Positions 8,862 to 18,417 of a DNA stretch of 54,585 nucleotides are shown here, in pieces. This DNA comes from Rhodospirillales bacterium. GTDB lineage: Bacteria > Pseudomonadota > Alphaproteobacteria > Rhodospirillales > UBA2165. Position 1 is the stretch's first letter, and each line of letters begins with the position of its first letter. Under the pieces are notes generated by a model, which saw nothing but the letters and a program-made list of their open reading frames with translations, had not been told where the DNA came from and ran no database searches. The position numbers and the translations under genes are program-made. Location of the stretch: NCBI GenBank assembly GCA_046582475.1, contig JAYGEH010000054.1, positions 1-54,585 of the forward strand. Direction: 5' to 3'.

Positions 8862-9311
8862 ATGCCGGCCATGATCGACGACATCTACAACACCGAAGTC
8901 TTGCGCCTGGCGGCCCATATCTCGCGCATCGATCCGTTGCCAAGCGCGGACGCCGAGGCCGCGCTCAGGAGCCCCCTTTGCGGCTCGACCATCGCCGTGC
9001 AGATCTGCGTGGCGGATGGGCGCATCACCGATTATGCCCAGGAGGTGAAGGCCTGCGCCCTCGGCCAGGCCGCCGCCTCGGTGATGGCGTCCGAAGTGAT
9101 TGGCAAGGATGGGTTGGAAATCGCGGCGGTTCGCAGCCAGATGGAAGCTATGCTGAAAAGCGATAGCGCGCCGCCGGACGGTGACTGGGCGGACCTGGCG
9201 GCACTGGCCCCGGCGGCGGAAGCGAAATCCCGCCACGGCGCCATCCTGCTGCCCTTTGATGCGGTGCTGAAAGCCTTCGCCGAGATCAAGGCGGCGGCCG
9301 CTTCAGGATAA
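8862..9311 (+). CDS. NifU-N/IscU-like iron-sulfur cluster scaffold family protein
   Basis: 149 aa with MIDDIYNTEVLRLAAHI...SPLCGSTI...ACALGQAAASV...RHGAILLPFDA, typical of the short alphaproteobacterial NifU_N-type proteins. Confidence 0.75.
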   Translation: MPAMIDDIYNTEVLRLAAHISRIDPLPSADAEAALRSPLCGSTIAVQICVADGRITDYAQEVKACALGQAAASVMASEVIGKDGLEIAAVRSQMEAMLKSDSAPPDGDWADLAALAPAAEAKSRHGAILLPFDAVLKAFAEIKAAAASG

Positions 9312-9348
9312 TCGTGTTATAGGCGCAAAAAGGCGGCGCGGAATTCAA

Positions 9349-10398
9349 TCAACTCTCGACCGTCACCCGGGCTTCGCCTTCGCACATTTCGCCGACCACC
9401 GAGGCGTAGCCGTAGCCCTGTTCCTTGAACAGCGCCAGGACTGCATCGACGGCGCCGGCATCGCAGCTCACCACCAGGCCGCCCGAGGTTTGCGGGTCCA
9501 TCAACAGGTTCCTCTGCCACGCTTCGATGCCGTCAAAGGTGGTGACGTGATCGGTAAAGCTGTCCCAATTGCGGTTGGCGGCGCCGGTGTTGTAGCCTTT
9601 CTGCGCATAATCGGCGGCGCCCGCCAGGAGCGGCAGCTTGTCCCAAGACAGCGTGGCGCCAAGGCCGGCGCCCTTGCACATTTCGTAGGTGTGGCCGCAA
9701 AGACCGAAGCCGGTGATGTCGGTGATGGCGTTGACGCCGTCCAATTGGGCCAGATCGGCGCCGACCGAATTCAATTTGACAGCGCTTTCGACCATCACTG
9801 CGTAGCCGTCGGGACCGAGCTCGTCCTTGTTCAGTGCGGCGCCGAAAATGCCGACGCCCAATCCCTTGCCGAGGATCAAAACGTCGCCCGCCTTGCCGTC
9901 GCAGTTGCGCATGATGTGGTCGGGGTGAACCAGGCCGACAACCGCCAGGCCGTAGATCGGCTCCGGACTGTCGATGGTATGGCCGCCGGCCACCGGGATA
10001 TTGGCCTCGCCGCACAAATCAGCGCCGCCGGAGAATATCCGGGCCACCATTTCCGGCGGCATGATGTCGGCCGGGAAGCCGGCGATGGCCAGGGCCAGGA
10101 TCGGCGTGCCGCCGGTGGCGTAGATATCGGACAAGGCGTTGGCCGCCGCGATGCGGCCGAAATCGTAGGGGTCGTCGACGATGGGCATGAAGAAATCGGT
10201 CGACACCACCACCGCTTGGGTATCGTTGATTTTGTAGACAGCCGAATCATCGCCGGTCTCGACGCCCACCAGCAGATTGGGGAAGCGCGCCTGCGGCGGT
10301 AATCCGGATAACATCTTCTCAAGCACCGACGGTGCTATTTTGCAGCCTCAACCGCCCCCGTGAGAGAGCTCGGTCAGCCTAACGACCTGCGTGTCCAT
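9349..10398 (-). CDS. selD: Selenide, water dikinase (selenophosphate synthetase), Sec-containing form (UGA at 10350-10348)
   Basis: The track ORF starts at GTG 10326. Reading upstream in frame gives [30 protein letters not shown]..., which reproduces the SelD glycine-rich loop with TGA where E. coli has Cys17. Downstream motifs are LLVGVETGDDSAVY and VAGGHTID. Confidence 0.85.
10322..10336 (-). promoter_or_regulatory. Candidate SECIS hairpin inside selD
   Basis: On the minus strand, AGCAC(C)-GUC-(G)GUGCU forms a 5-6 bp stem. It begins 11 nt after the UGA and has GU in the apical loop. Confidence 0.5.
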
Positions 10399-10901
10399 GA
10401 TTCCTTACCAAACTTGTTGCAATGGCCGGGCACCTTATAGGGCACCCGGCATCTTGCAGCCAATCAAAAATTCGCGAATTTGTCCAGGTGTGTACTGGCA
10501 CCATCCCCAAGAGACCAAGGGGTAATCGCATTTGGGCTGATCAATGGGCGCCGGCACCCGATCCACCTGCCTTTGCCCCTTGCGCAAATCGTTTCGCAGG
10601 CTAAATAACAAGCAATGCTCTTGAACATTGTGAATAGGAAGTTTTGATCCCACGCCGGGCGGTGCCCGTGATCGTGGCCGGATCTGTTGCGCGCAGCGTA
10701 CTTTTACCCCCACAAAACCCCAACCACCCCCATGGTCGATTTTCCAAAATGTGTCGCATTTGGGAGCGGCATACCAGGGGTGGTATGAATTGTGGGCCGG
10801 GCCCCCCAGGCCGTCTGGACGCCGAAAAGCGGTATGAAACGGCAGGAACCGTTAGCAATGATGGTGAACCGGTATGGCCGAATTTGGCGAAACATGTCGC
10901 A

Positions 10902-11963
10902 CTATACGTGCCCAGCCAGCTTGGGGATCACTTTTTCGCCGAACAGGCGCACCGAACCTATCGCCTCTTCCAGGGGCAGGTCGTTGAAATTGACCTGCAT
11001 CGATGCGATCTCGAAGCCGCCGGTGATCTCCTGATACTCGGCGATCTGATCGACCAGCTTTTCCGGCGGGCCGATGAAGGCGGCGCTTTTTTCGATCTGG
11101 GTCTCGATGGTTTCCTTGGCCAGCATGGCGATGATCTTGTCGTAGCCGGGATAATCGGCGGAACTGGTGCCTTCCATCCACAGCGAGGCGGCATCGACCA
11201 GGGATTTCAAATACCGGTTCAAGGGCTCGCGGGCGATGTCGATGGCCTTGGTCTGGTCCTCGTGGCAGAACAGATGGTGCGCCAGCATCACCCTTCCGGG
11301 GCCTTCGTGGCCGGCCTCGGCGCGCGCCTGGCGGTAGGTCTGGATCAACTCGTTCATCATGCCGCCGGTGAGCGGAATGGCCATCACGTCATGGCCAAGG
11401 CGCCCGGCATTGGCGAATGAATCCGGGGTGATCAGCGCCGCCACCCAAAATGGCGGGCGCGGTTTCTGGGTCGGGCGCGGCAAAGATGTGACGCCGGCAA
11501 AGCTGTTGAACTCGCCATCCATGGTGACGTTCTCGTCTTCCAACAGGCGGCGCACCTGTTCGATACCCTCGGCGAAGCGGGCCTTGGATTCATCGAAGCT
11601 GCGTTTGAAAATTTCAAACTCGACCGGCAGGAAGGCGCGCGCGAAGCCGCACTCCATGCGGCCGTCCGAGATGGCGTCGAGCATGCCGATCTCGCCGGCG
11701 ATTTTAAGCGGATTGTTGAAGATCGGCAGCACCGCGCCGGTGACCAGACGCGCCTTTTTGGAGCGCATTGCGGCGGCCGACAGGAAGACATGCGGGTTCG
11801 GCGAATAGCCGCCATAGGGCTGGAAATAATGCTCCACCGTGCGCACGTGGGAGAACCCATATTCATCGGCCAGATCGACCAGTGCCAAGCAATCGGCCCA
11901 ATATTCCGCCCCCGATTTGAGGTCCGGTCCCACATCGGGGAAAAATTGCATGCCAAATTCCAT
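10902..11963 (-). CDS. LLM-class (luciferase-like) flavin-dependent oxidoreductase
   Basis: 353 aa with ADEYGFSHVRTVEHYF and a TIM-barrel LLM layout. Ends in TAG. Confidence 0.85.
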   Translation of the reverse strand: MEFGMQFFPDVGPDLKSGAEYWADCLALVDLADEYGFSHVRTVEHYFQPYGGYSPNPHVFLSAAAMRSKKARLVTGAVLPIFNNPLKIAGEIGMLDAISDGRMECGFARAFLPVEFEIFKRSFDESKARFAEGIEQVRRLLEDENVTMDGEFNSFAGVTSLPRPTQKPRPPFWVAALITPDSFANAGRLGHDVMAIPLTGGMMNELIQTYRQARAEAGHEGPGRVMLAHHLFCHEDQTKAIDIAREPLNRYLKSLVDAASLWMEGTSSADYPGYDKIIAMLAKETIETQIEKSAAFIGPPEKLVDQIAEYQEITGGFEIASMQVNFNDLPLEEAIGSVRLFGEKVIPKLAGHV

Positions 11964-11981
11964 GGTCCAATATCCTCGATT

Positions 11982-12701
11982 TTATTGTTTTTGCGGCGCC
12001 GGTGTTTCCTGGGCGGCTTCGGCGTGGAAATCGCCGCCGCCGCCGGCGATATAGGCGGGCAGGTAAATGGCTTTGAAGGTGGCCAGAATCTGCTCGAACG
12101 GCACATCCATAAAGACGCCCCGGTCACGGACATATTCCATATGCCGCTCGCCCTTCTGGTTGAACTCATGGAACAGCGAATGTTCCGTGCCGTCGAATTC
12201 CAGCGGCTTGATGGCGAAGCGGTCGCAGAGGGTCCGGTTGAAAGTCGGCGTCGCCCTCACCCAGCGCCCGTCGATCAGAATCTCGGTATAGGAATGCCAG
12301 GCGAAAAGGTCCGAGCCGAGCATATCGAGAAGCCGCCGGGTCGCCAGGTGGTTGCGCACATCGGCGTAACCGGGGCGCGCCGGCACACCGTTGATCCTGA
12401 GGCAGGCGGCCAGGAGCGCCGATTTCGGCACGCACCAGCCGCGCCCCGTTGTGACGGCGTCGCTGGCCCGGTAGCTTTCGATCTTCGCCACCGGCAGATA
12501 GGGATCGTAGAGAATTTCGTCGCGCACCGCGTAATAAAGGGAAATAGCGCGCTCGCGATCGGTTTTGCCCTTGACGTGGGCATCGGCGAATTCGAGCACG
12601 CTCGGATGATCGCTGTCCACGAGGCGGCCGGGTTTTAGGTAAATATCTCGATTGCGATTGCGCATGGGAACCAATATTTTTGCTGGCGGACCATACGGCA
12701 T
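11982..12701 (-). CDS. Transglutaminase-like cysteine peptidase superfamily protein
   Basis: Core GRGWCVPKSALLAACLRINGVPAR...H...D. It lies 18 nt upstream of the LLM gene on the same strand. The start is uncertain (12716 TTG, 12701 ATG or 12665 ATG). Confidence 0.75.
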   Translation of the reverse strand: MPYGPPAKILVPMRNRNRDIYLKPGRLVDSDHPSVLEFADAHVKGKTDRERAISLYYAVRDEILYDPYLPVAKIESYRASDAVTTGRGWCVPKSALLAACLRINGVPARPGYADVRNHLATRRLLDMLGSDLFAWHSYTEILIDGRWVRATPTFNRTLCDRFAIKPLEFDGTEHSLFHEFNQKGERHMEYVRDRGVFMDVPFEQILATFKAIYLPAYIAGGGGDFHAEAAQETPAPQKQ

Positions 12702-12740
12702 AGATTTCAGAAGCAACAGGAAAAAGTTTTGGCGTCCGGG

Positions 12741-13250
12741 ATGGCAAAAAAGGCAAATTTATTGAGATCGATGGCTGCATTCGGCCTCGCCTTGGCGGCG
12801 CTTGAGGCGCCCGTCGCGGCGGCGGCAAGCTGTTTGAGTGATGCCGAATTGGGCGCCGTAACACGCTCGGTCATTACCAAATCCTTGGGACCCGTGATGC
12901 GCATCTGCGCCAAAAACTATCCCGAGATCGAAGCCCGCGCTCTCGATGCGACGCGCGAATTCTTTATCACCTATCGCAACGATATGCGCCACAACAGATT
13001 GAAAACAAACGAAATATTTCTCCGGGTCTTTGAAGCCGACTGGCAAAGCAACCTGGCGGCATTGCTCGATGAGGCGACCGGTCCCATCGTGCGCCGGGCC
13101 GGGATATACAGCGCCGAACAATGCACGGCCGAAATCCAGCGCCTTGAAGTTATGGTGAACCGGCTAGATTATAGCGCCATCATGGCCGACGGCGCGGCGC
13201 GCAAAATGTTTGAAATCGAACGCCAGCACATTCCGGCCTGCGAGGAATAA
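12741..13250 (+). CDS. Hypothetical exported protein
   Basis: Signal-like N-terminus MAKKANLLRSMAAFGLALAALEAPVAAAAS. No family recognised. Confidence 0.5.
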   Translation: MAKKANLLRSMAAFGLALAALEAPVAAAASCLSDAELGAVTRSVITKSLGPVMRICAKNYPEIEARALDATREFFITYRNDMRHNRLKTNEIFLRVFEADWQSNLAALLDEATGPIVRRAGIYSAEQCTAEIQRLEVMVNRLDYSAIMADGAARKMFEIERQHIPACEE

Positions 13251-13268
13251 AGAAACGGGGAACGCGAA

Positions 13269-14024
13269 ATGCTTGAGCTATATCATGGCGGTTTGACCAC
13301 ATGCTCGAAACAGGTGCGGCTGACCTTGCGCGAAAAAAATCTCGATTATGTCAGCCATTATGTGAATTTGCGCACCTACCAGCATTACAGCGCCGATTAT
13401 TTGAAGATCAATCCCAACGGGCTGGTGCCGTCGCTGGTGGATGACGGCCGCGCCATCATCAATTCCCTGGCGATCATGGAATATCTGGACGATATCTGTC
13501 CCGAACCGCCCTTGCGCCCCGCCGATGCAAAGACGCGCGCCGATATGCGCCGCTGGCTGTCCACGTCGGACACCACCCACGCCTCGATCATGACGCTCAC
13601 CTACAACGCCTTCCTCAAACCCGAGGTGGAAGCCTTGAGCGACGACGACAAAGCGGCGGTGATGGCCGCCAATCCGGTGCCGGAACGGCGCGAGCGCATC
13701 CGCCGCATCGCCTATGGCGGCTACAGCGCCGAAGAAGAGAGCCGCGCCATGGACATGACCGCCTTCACCCTCGGCCAGATGGAAGAAGCTTTGGCGACAA
13801 GCGAATGGATGGTCGGCGACTATTCGCTGGCCGATATCAGCCTCTTTGCCCTCACCCACCGGCTCGGCGAATTGGACGCCGACATTTTCGATGCCAGCCG
13901 CTTTCCCGGTGTCGTCGATTGGCACCAGCGCATGCTGGCGCGCCCCGCCGTCGCCCAGATCATGGAGCCGGGCACGGCGGAAACGCCGGCCAACAGCGCG
14001 CTCAGTCTTATCGGTTTGGGATAA
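13269..14024 (+). CDS. Glutathione S-transferase family protein
   Basis: MLELYHGGLTTCSKQVRLTLREKNL...GLVPSLVDDG...ESLAI-like N-domain plus a helical C-domain. Confidence 0.88.
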   Translation: MLELYHGGLTTCSKQVRLTLREKNLDYVSHYVNLRTYQHYSADYLKINPNGLVPSLVDDGRAIINSLAIMEYLDDICPEPPLRPADAKTRADMRRWLSTSDTTHASIMTLTYNAFLKPEVEALSDDDKAAVMAANPVPERRERIRRIAYGGYSAEEESRAMDMTAFTLGQMEEALATSEWMVGDYSLADISLFALTHRLGELDADIFDASRFPGVVDWHQRMLARPAVAQIMEPGTAETPANSALSLIGLG

Positions 14025-14026
14025 AG

Positions 14027-15193
14027 CTATCCGGCAGCGCGGGGCAGAACCTCGGTCGCGTAACTCTCCAGCGAGCGCAGCATGACTGCGTTGGTGAGCA
14101 GCCCCGTATAACACCAGGCGAACACCCAATCGACGGGCAAGCGCTCTTTGATCGCTTCCAACTGACGGGTGACCGTGTCGGGGCTGCCGATCAGCATATG
14201 GCCGGACGTGAACATCTCGTCTGGGGAATAGCGCACGCCGGTATCCGGGTCTTCCAGGCCGCGTCCGAAACCGAACGGCTCGAACCAGGCGTTGCGGGCG
14301 AAATTCGAAGACTCCTCGGCCAAGGCCAGGGCCTCAGAGTCGGTGTCGGCGATAATCAGGGTGCGCAAAACGGCGACGCCCTCGCCGCGCGGCTTGCCGG
14401 ACGCTTCGGCGTAGACGTCGAGCAGTAATTCCTCGCGCTTCGGATGCAGGGGCGGCAAGACCGCGACCACGCCTTCGCAAGCGCACCAGCGGATCGAACG
14501 CTCGGTCGATGAAAACGGCAGGAACAATTCCGGATAGGGTTTCTGCAGCGGCTTCGGCACGACGCCGATCTGTTTCAGGATTCCGTTCTCGACGCCGGCG
14601 CCCCATTTGTCGGTGGTTTCCAAATCCCAGGGCGTGCCCGGCGCCGGAATTTGCCAGTATTTGCCCTCGAAGGAGATCATCTCCTCGGTCCAGCATTTCT
14701 TGATGATCTGGAAACATTCCTCGAAGGCGGCGCGGTTGGCATCGTCGATATCCTTGGGCGCGCCAGGGACGGCGCCATGGATGCCGTGGGTCTGCTGGGC
14801 CATCACATCGACCCAGCGGCGCTGGTAGCCGCGCGCAAAACCGGCGCAGGCGCGCCCGCCGGTCATATGGTCGAGCATGGCGATGTTTTCGGCGACCCGG
14901 ATCGGGTTTTCCGCCGGCAATACGATGCCCAGCTGACCGACCTTGATGCGCTTGGTCTGCATGGCGACATAGAGATCGAGCATCACCGGATTGTTGGAAA
15001 GCTCGATGCCTTCGATATGGAAATGATGTTCGGTGAAATTGATGGATTCGTAGCCGAGTTCGTCGGCGAGCACCGCCTGCTCGCTCAACTCGGCCAGCAT
15101 GCGGCCATAGAGATCGCTCCGGAACCCGGCCATGCCTTGGGTAATCTCGGATTTGCGGCCGATCGACGGCAGAAAAAACAACGATGTCTTCAA
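14027..15193 (-). CDS. LLM-class flavin-dependent oxidoreductase
   Basis: 388 aa with ADELGYESINFTEHHFH. Ends in TAG. Confidence 0.85.
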   Translation of the reverse strand: MKTSLFFLPSIGRKSEITQGMAGFRSDLYGRMLAELSEQAVLADELGYESINFTEHHFHIEGIELSNNPVMLDLYVAMQTKRIKVGQLGIVLPAENPIRVAENIAMLDHMTGGRACAGFARGYQRRWVDVMAQQTHGIHGAVPGAPKDIDDANRAAFEECFQIIKKCWTEEMISFEGKYWQIPAPGTPWDLETTDKWGAGVENGILKQIGVVPKPLQKPYPELFLPFSSTERSIRWCACEGVVAVLPPLHPKREELLLDVYAEASGKPRGEGVAVLRTLIIADTDSEALALAEESSNFARNAWFEPFGFGRGLEDPDTGVRYSPDEMFTSGHMLIGSPDTVTRQLEAIKERLPVDWVFAWCYTGLLTNAVMLRSLESYATEVLPRAAG

Positions 15194-15243
15194 GGGATCC
15201 CCCTACCCCTTTTACGTCCGCAGTCGGAACGCTGCGGCGAAAC

Positions 15244-16251
15244 TTAAGTCCAGGTGGCGAAACCCATGCCGCTGCCGGTGCCGGCCGGCGTCCGGTAGCA
15301 GGGGACGTAATCCAGCATTTTCATCTGCAGACCGGTATCGGAGACGGCGCCGGCGGCGGTGATCCAGTTCTTGGTCTCCGAGGTGCCAGAGCGGAACATG
15401 ATATTGGGCTCATTGGCAATGGTTTCCACGTCCTGTTTCAAGAGCGCGTCGATCATCTTTTGATCCCATTCCTCGTCCACCACGAAGTGGCTGAGCCCGC
15501 CGGACGCGCACACCGCGACCCGCTTGCCGCCATCCCAGGCGCGGATAGCGCGCCCGATGGAGCGCCCGAATTCGTAACAGCGTCCCGGCTTCGCCTGGTT
15601 CGGCGGATAGTAGGTGTTCAGGAGCACCGGCACCAAGGGGATCGGCTTGTCCTTCAAGATGCGCCGATAGATGAATCCGACCGCGTGGCCGATCCCGCTG
15701 CCGCGCGGACCCGACGGCGCTTCCATGGAGGCGGTAACATCGATTTCATCTTCCATGGCCTGGGCAATGATGGCTTCGGCGAGGCCGGCGGCCACCGGAT
15801 AGTCCTGATCCTCGGGCGGTTTGTTGGCGGTGGCGGTGTAGCGGATACCGGCCTGCATGTCTTTCATCCGTTCCGGGGTTACCGCCTTGTTGATCACCTT
15901 GGGGCCGCAGAAAACCGTGTAGGCGGGCTGGATGGAATCGCCAAACCATTCATGCTGGTCGTCGCCGATCAGGACAATGATGTCGGGATCGACCTCGGCC
16001 AGCTTGGCGGCCAACGCGTCCAGTTGTTTCCGGTTGCGGTCGTGGCGTTCCTGGCGGACCTCCATCATGTTCTGCGCTTCCAGATAATTGCTTTTGCGCA
16101 GCTCATACAGCTCCTCATAGGTATAGGTGCCGTCCCGGTAGGCAAGTTCCGGATTTTCGTGGTCGGCATCGGCGCGCAAATCCCACTTGTCCGCCGGCAT
16201 CGACAGCAGAGGCCCGTGCGACGATCCAAATCCATATACAATGTTCGCCAT
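15244..16251 (-). CDS. Class III extradiol ring-cleavage dioxygenase family protein (LigB-like)
   Basis: 335 aa with MANIVYGFGSSHGP at the N-terminus and CASGGLSHF near the C-terminus, as in LigB-type subunits. Substrate unknown. Confidence 0.7.
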   Translation of the reverse strand: MANIVYGFGSSHGPLLSMPADKWDLRADADHENPELAYRDGTYTYEELYELRKSNYLEAQNMMEVRQERHDRNRKQLDALAAKLAEVDPDIIVLIGDDQHEWFGDSIQPAYTVFCGPKVINKAVTPERMKDMQAGIRYTATANKPPEDQDYPVAAGLAEAIIAQAMEDEIDVTASMEAPSGPRGSGIGHAVGFIYRRILKDKPIPLVPVLLNTYYPPNQAKPGRCYEFGRSIGRAIRAWDGGKRVAVCASGGLSHFVVDEEWDQKMIDALLKQDVETIANEPNIMFRSGTSETKNWITAAGAVSDTGLQMKMLDYVPCYRTPAGTGSGMGFATWT

Positions 16252-16370
16252 CAGAAGCCGCTCCTTGTCGGTCTTGAATTGGGGAAACTTAGATGCAGGC
16301 GTGAAATTATAACAACAACGCCGTCAAAACGAAATCCACATCGTGTCTGCACAAATTTCGATGCACGGCT

Positions 16371-17735
16371 TTATTCCGCCGCCGCCGATCCGCTTTGCTT
16401 GGCGTAACGACTTTCGGGGCGCGGCAGGCCCAGATGTTCGCGCAAGGTATTGCCCGTATATTCGCTGCGGAACAGGCCGCGTTTCCGCAAAATCGGTATC
16501 ACCAGTTCGCAGAAATCATCGAGGGCGCCCGGGATATAGGGCGGCATGATGGTGAAGCCGTCGCAAGCCTCGCCCTGGAACCATTCTTCCATATAGTCGG
16601 CCACCTGTTCGGGCGAGCCGACGAACACGTTCTTGCCGCGGGCGCCGGCCGAGTGGGCGCCCAATTCGCGGATCGTCATGCCGGTTTTACGGCCCAGCGC
16701 CGTGAGCTCGTCGTAATGGCCCTTGCTGCCGCCCACATGCTGGGGCAGGGGATCGGGCAACGGCTTGTCCAGATCGAAACCCGAAAGATCGACACCCAGC
16801 ATGGTCGCCAGCATCTCGCGCCCGACGATGGGATGGATCAGCGACTGGATGTAATCGAAATCCTCCTTGGCCTCGGCTTCGCTGGGGCGCACATGAATAC
16901 TAAGGCCGGGCAGAATTTTGCAATGGGCCGGGTTGCGCCCATGTTTGACCATGCGCGCCTTGACGTCGTCGTAATATTTCTTGGCTGAATCGAAGTTCAA
17001 ATGCGGGCTGAAGATGGCTTCGGCGGTGGCACCGGCCAGCTCTTTGCCGGCGTCCGACGCGCCCGCCTGGATGATCACCGGATAGCCTTGCGGCGGGCGC
17101 GGCACGTTGAGTGGGCCCTTAATCGAATAGCGCTCGCTCTCGTGATTGAGCGCGTGCATTTTATCGGGCTCGAAAAACAGCCCGCTTGTCGTATCGCGGA
17201 CGAAGGCATCGTCGTCGAACGAATCCCAAAGGCCCTTGACGATTTCCACCACCTCGTGGGCGCGGTCATAACGCTCGGCATGGGCGTAAGCGTGATCGAC
17301 GCCGAAATTCCGGGATTCGGCGTCGTTACCCGAGGTCACCACGTTCCAGGCGGCGCGGCCGCCGGAGATATGATCCAGCGAGGCCAATTTGCGGGCGATA
17401 TGGTACGGCGCGTTCCAACTGGTTGAAACGGTGCTGACCAGGCCGATTTTCGTCGTCACCATGGCCAGGGCCGACAGCAATGTCAGCGGCTCGAAATGGG
17501 CGACGAACTGGGTGGAACGGCTGATGGCATCGATATGGGCGGCGCGCACGGCGTTGCCGTCGGCCAGGAACAACAGATCGAATTTGGCGCGCTCCGCCGT
17601 TTGCGCGATCTCCACATAGTGTTTGATGTTCACATGGGCGTCTTTCTCGGCGCGCGGATGGCGCCAGGACGCGACATGGTGGCCGGTCGGATTGTAATAC
17701 GCCGCCAAGTTCATTTCACCGCGATGGCCGCCCAT
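16371..17735 (-). CDS. NtaA/DmoA/SnaA-family FMN-dependent LLM monooxygenase
   Basis: MNLAAYYNPTGHHVASWRHP...FDLLFLADG. AGGAGA lies 6 nt before ATG 17735. The upstream extension in the track is unlikely to be real. Confidence 0.85.
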   Translation of the reverse strand: MGGHRGEMNLAAYYNPTGHHVASWRHPRAEKDAHVNIKHYVEIAQTAERAKFDLLFLADGNAVRAAHIDAISRSTQFVAHFEPLTLLSALAMVTTKIGLVSTVSTSWNAPYHIARKLASLDHISGGRAAWNVVTSGNDAESRNFGVDHAYAHAERYDRAHEVVEIVKGLWDSFDDDAFVRDTTSGLFFEPDKMHALNHESERYSIKGPLNVPRPPQGYPVIIQAGASDAGKELAGATAEAIFSPHLNFDSAKKYYDDVKARMVKHGRNPAHCKILPGLSIHVRPSEAEAKEDFDYIQSLIHPIVGREMLATMLGVDLSGFDLDKPLPDPLPQHVGGSKGHYDELTALGRKTGMTIRELGAHSAGARGKNVFVGSPEQVADYMEEWFQGEACDGFTIMPPYIPGALDDFCELVIPILRKRGLFRSEYTGNTLREHLGLPRPESRYAKQSGSAAAE

Positions 17736-17800
17736 TCGAATTCTCCTAAAACGAGATAAAACCTTAACATTAATATGGGTATATGGTACCGGTGCCGGAC

Positions 17801-18289
17801 CTAACTTGCAATCGCCTGGACCAGCGGCCGGGTCCGTTCGATCCAGCTTTCCAGGGCCGGGTCCTCGGCATAATAATTGTCGATCAAATAGAGGCCCGGC
17901 GCCGGACATATGGCGCCCAGCTCGACCAGCACCGGCTTCAGGCTCAATTCCGGCGCCAGGGCATGGTTCGGCGCGGCGCCCAGCATCAGCGGCAGACCGA
18001 TGACGCCGGCCAGCCCGTCATAAGGTATCTGGTCCAGAAACAATTTCAGCAATCCGGTATAGGTCGCCTTGTAGGTGGGGCTGGCAAAGACCACCGCGCC
18101 CGAGCCACAAACCGCCGCCACGGCATCTTCGACGTCTTTGTTGCCCCATTCCAAAAGCTTAGGCCCCATATCGGCCAGATCGAGAACCAGGTCCGGGTCT
18201 TCACCGGTGAGGCCGCGCGCCGCCAGGATGCCGGCGTCATGAGTTCTGGATTTGGGTTTCGGATTGCCGACCACCACCGCCATTTTCAT
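17801..18289 (-). CDS. NAD(P)H-dependent FMN reductase
   Basis: MKMAVVVGNPKPKSRT...FASPTYKATYTGLLK. GAGGGA lies upstream. Ends in TAG. Confidence 0.8.
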   Translation of the reverse strand: MKMAVVVGNPKPKSRTHDAGILAARGLTGEDPDLVLDLADMGPKLLEWGNKDVEDAVAAVCGSGAVVFASPTYKATYTGLLKLFLDQIPYDGLAGVIGLPLMLGAAPNHALAPELSLKPVLVELGAICPAPGLYLIDNYYAEDPALESWIERTRPLVQAIAS

Positions 18290-18417
18290 TTCGCTGTCCC
18301 TCTTCTTTTTGCCGTTGCTAATCAGGCTATCGATTGCGGACGGCGGCGTCAAAACAGATTGACCGCGGCGGGCTGGGCGATGAAAGTGCGCTGACACCAT
18401 TTGGGGAGTATCGTTCG

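Noticed and set aside
8862-10398. A functional operon link between the NifU-like scaffold gene and selD
   Set aside because: The two genes are convergent, with stops 38 nt apart, so they are not co-transcribed. Adjacency alone does not support a selenium-delivery role.
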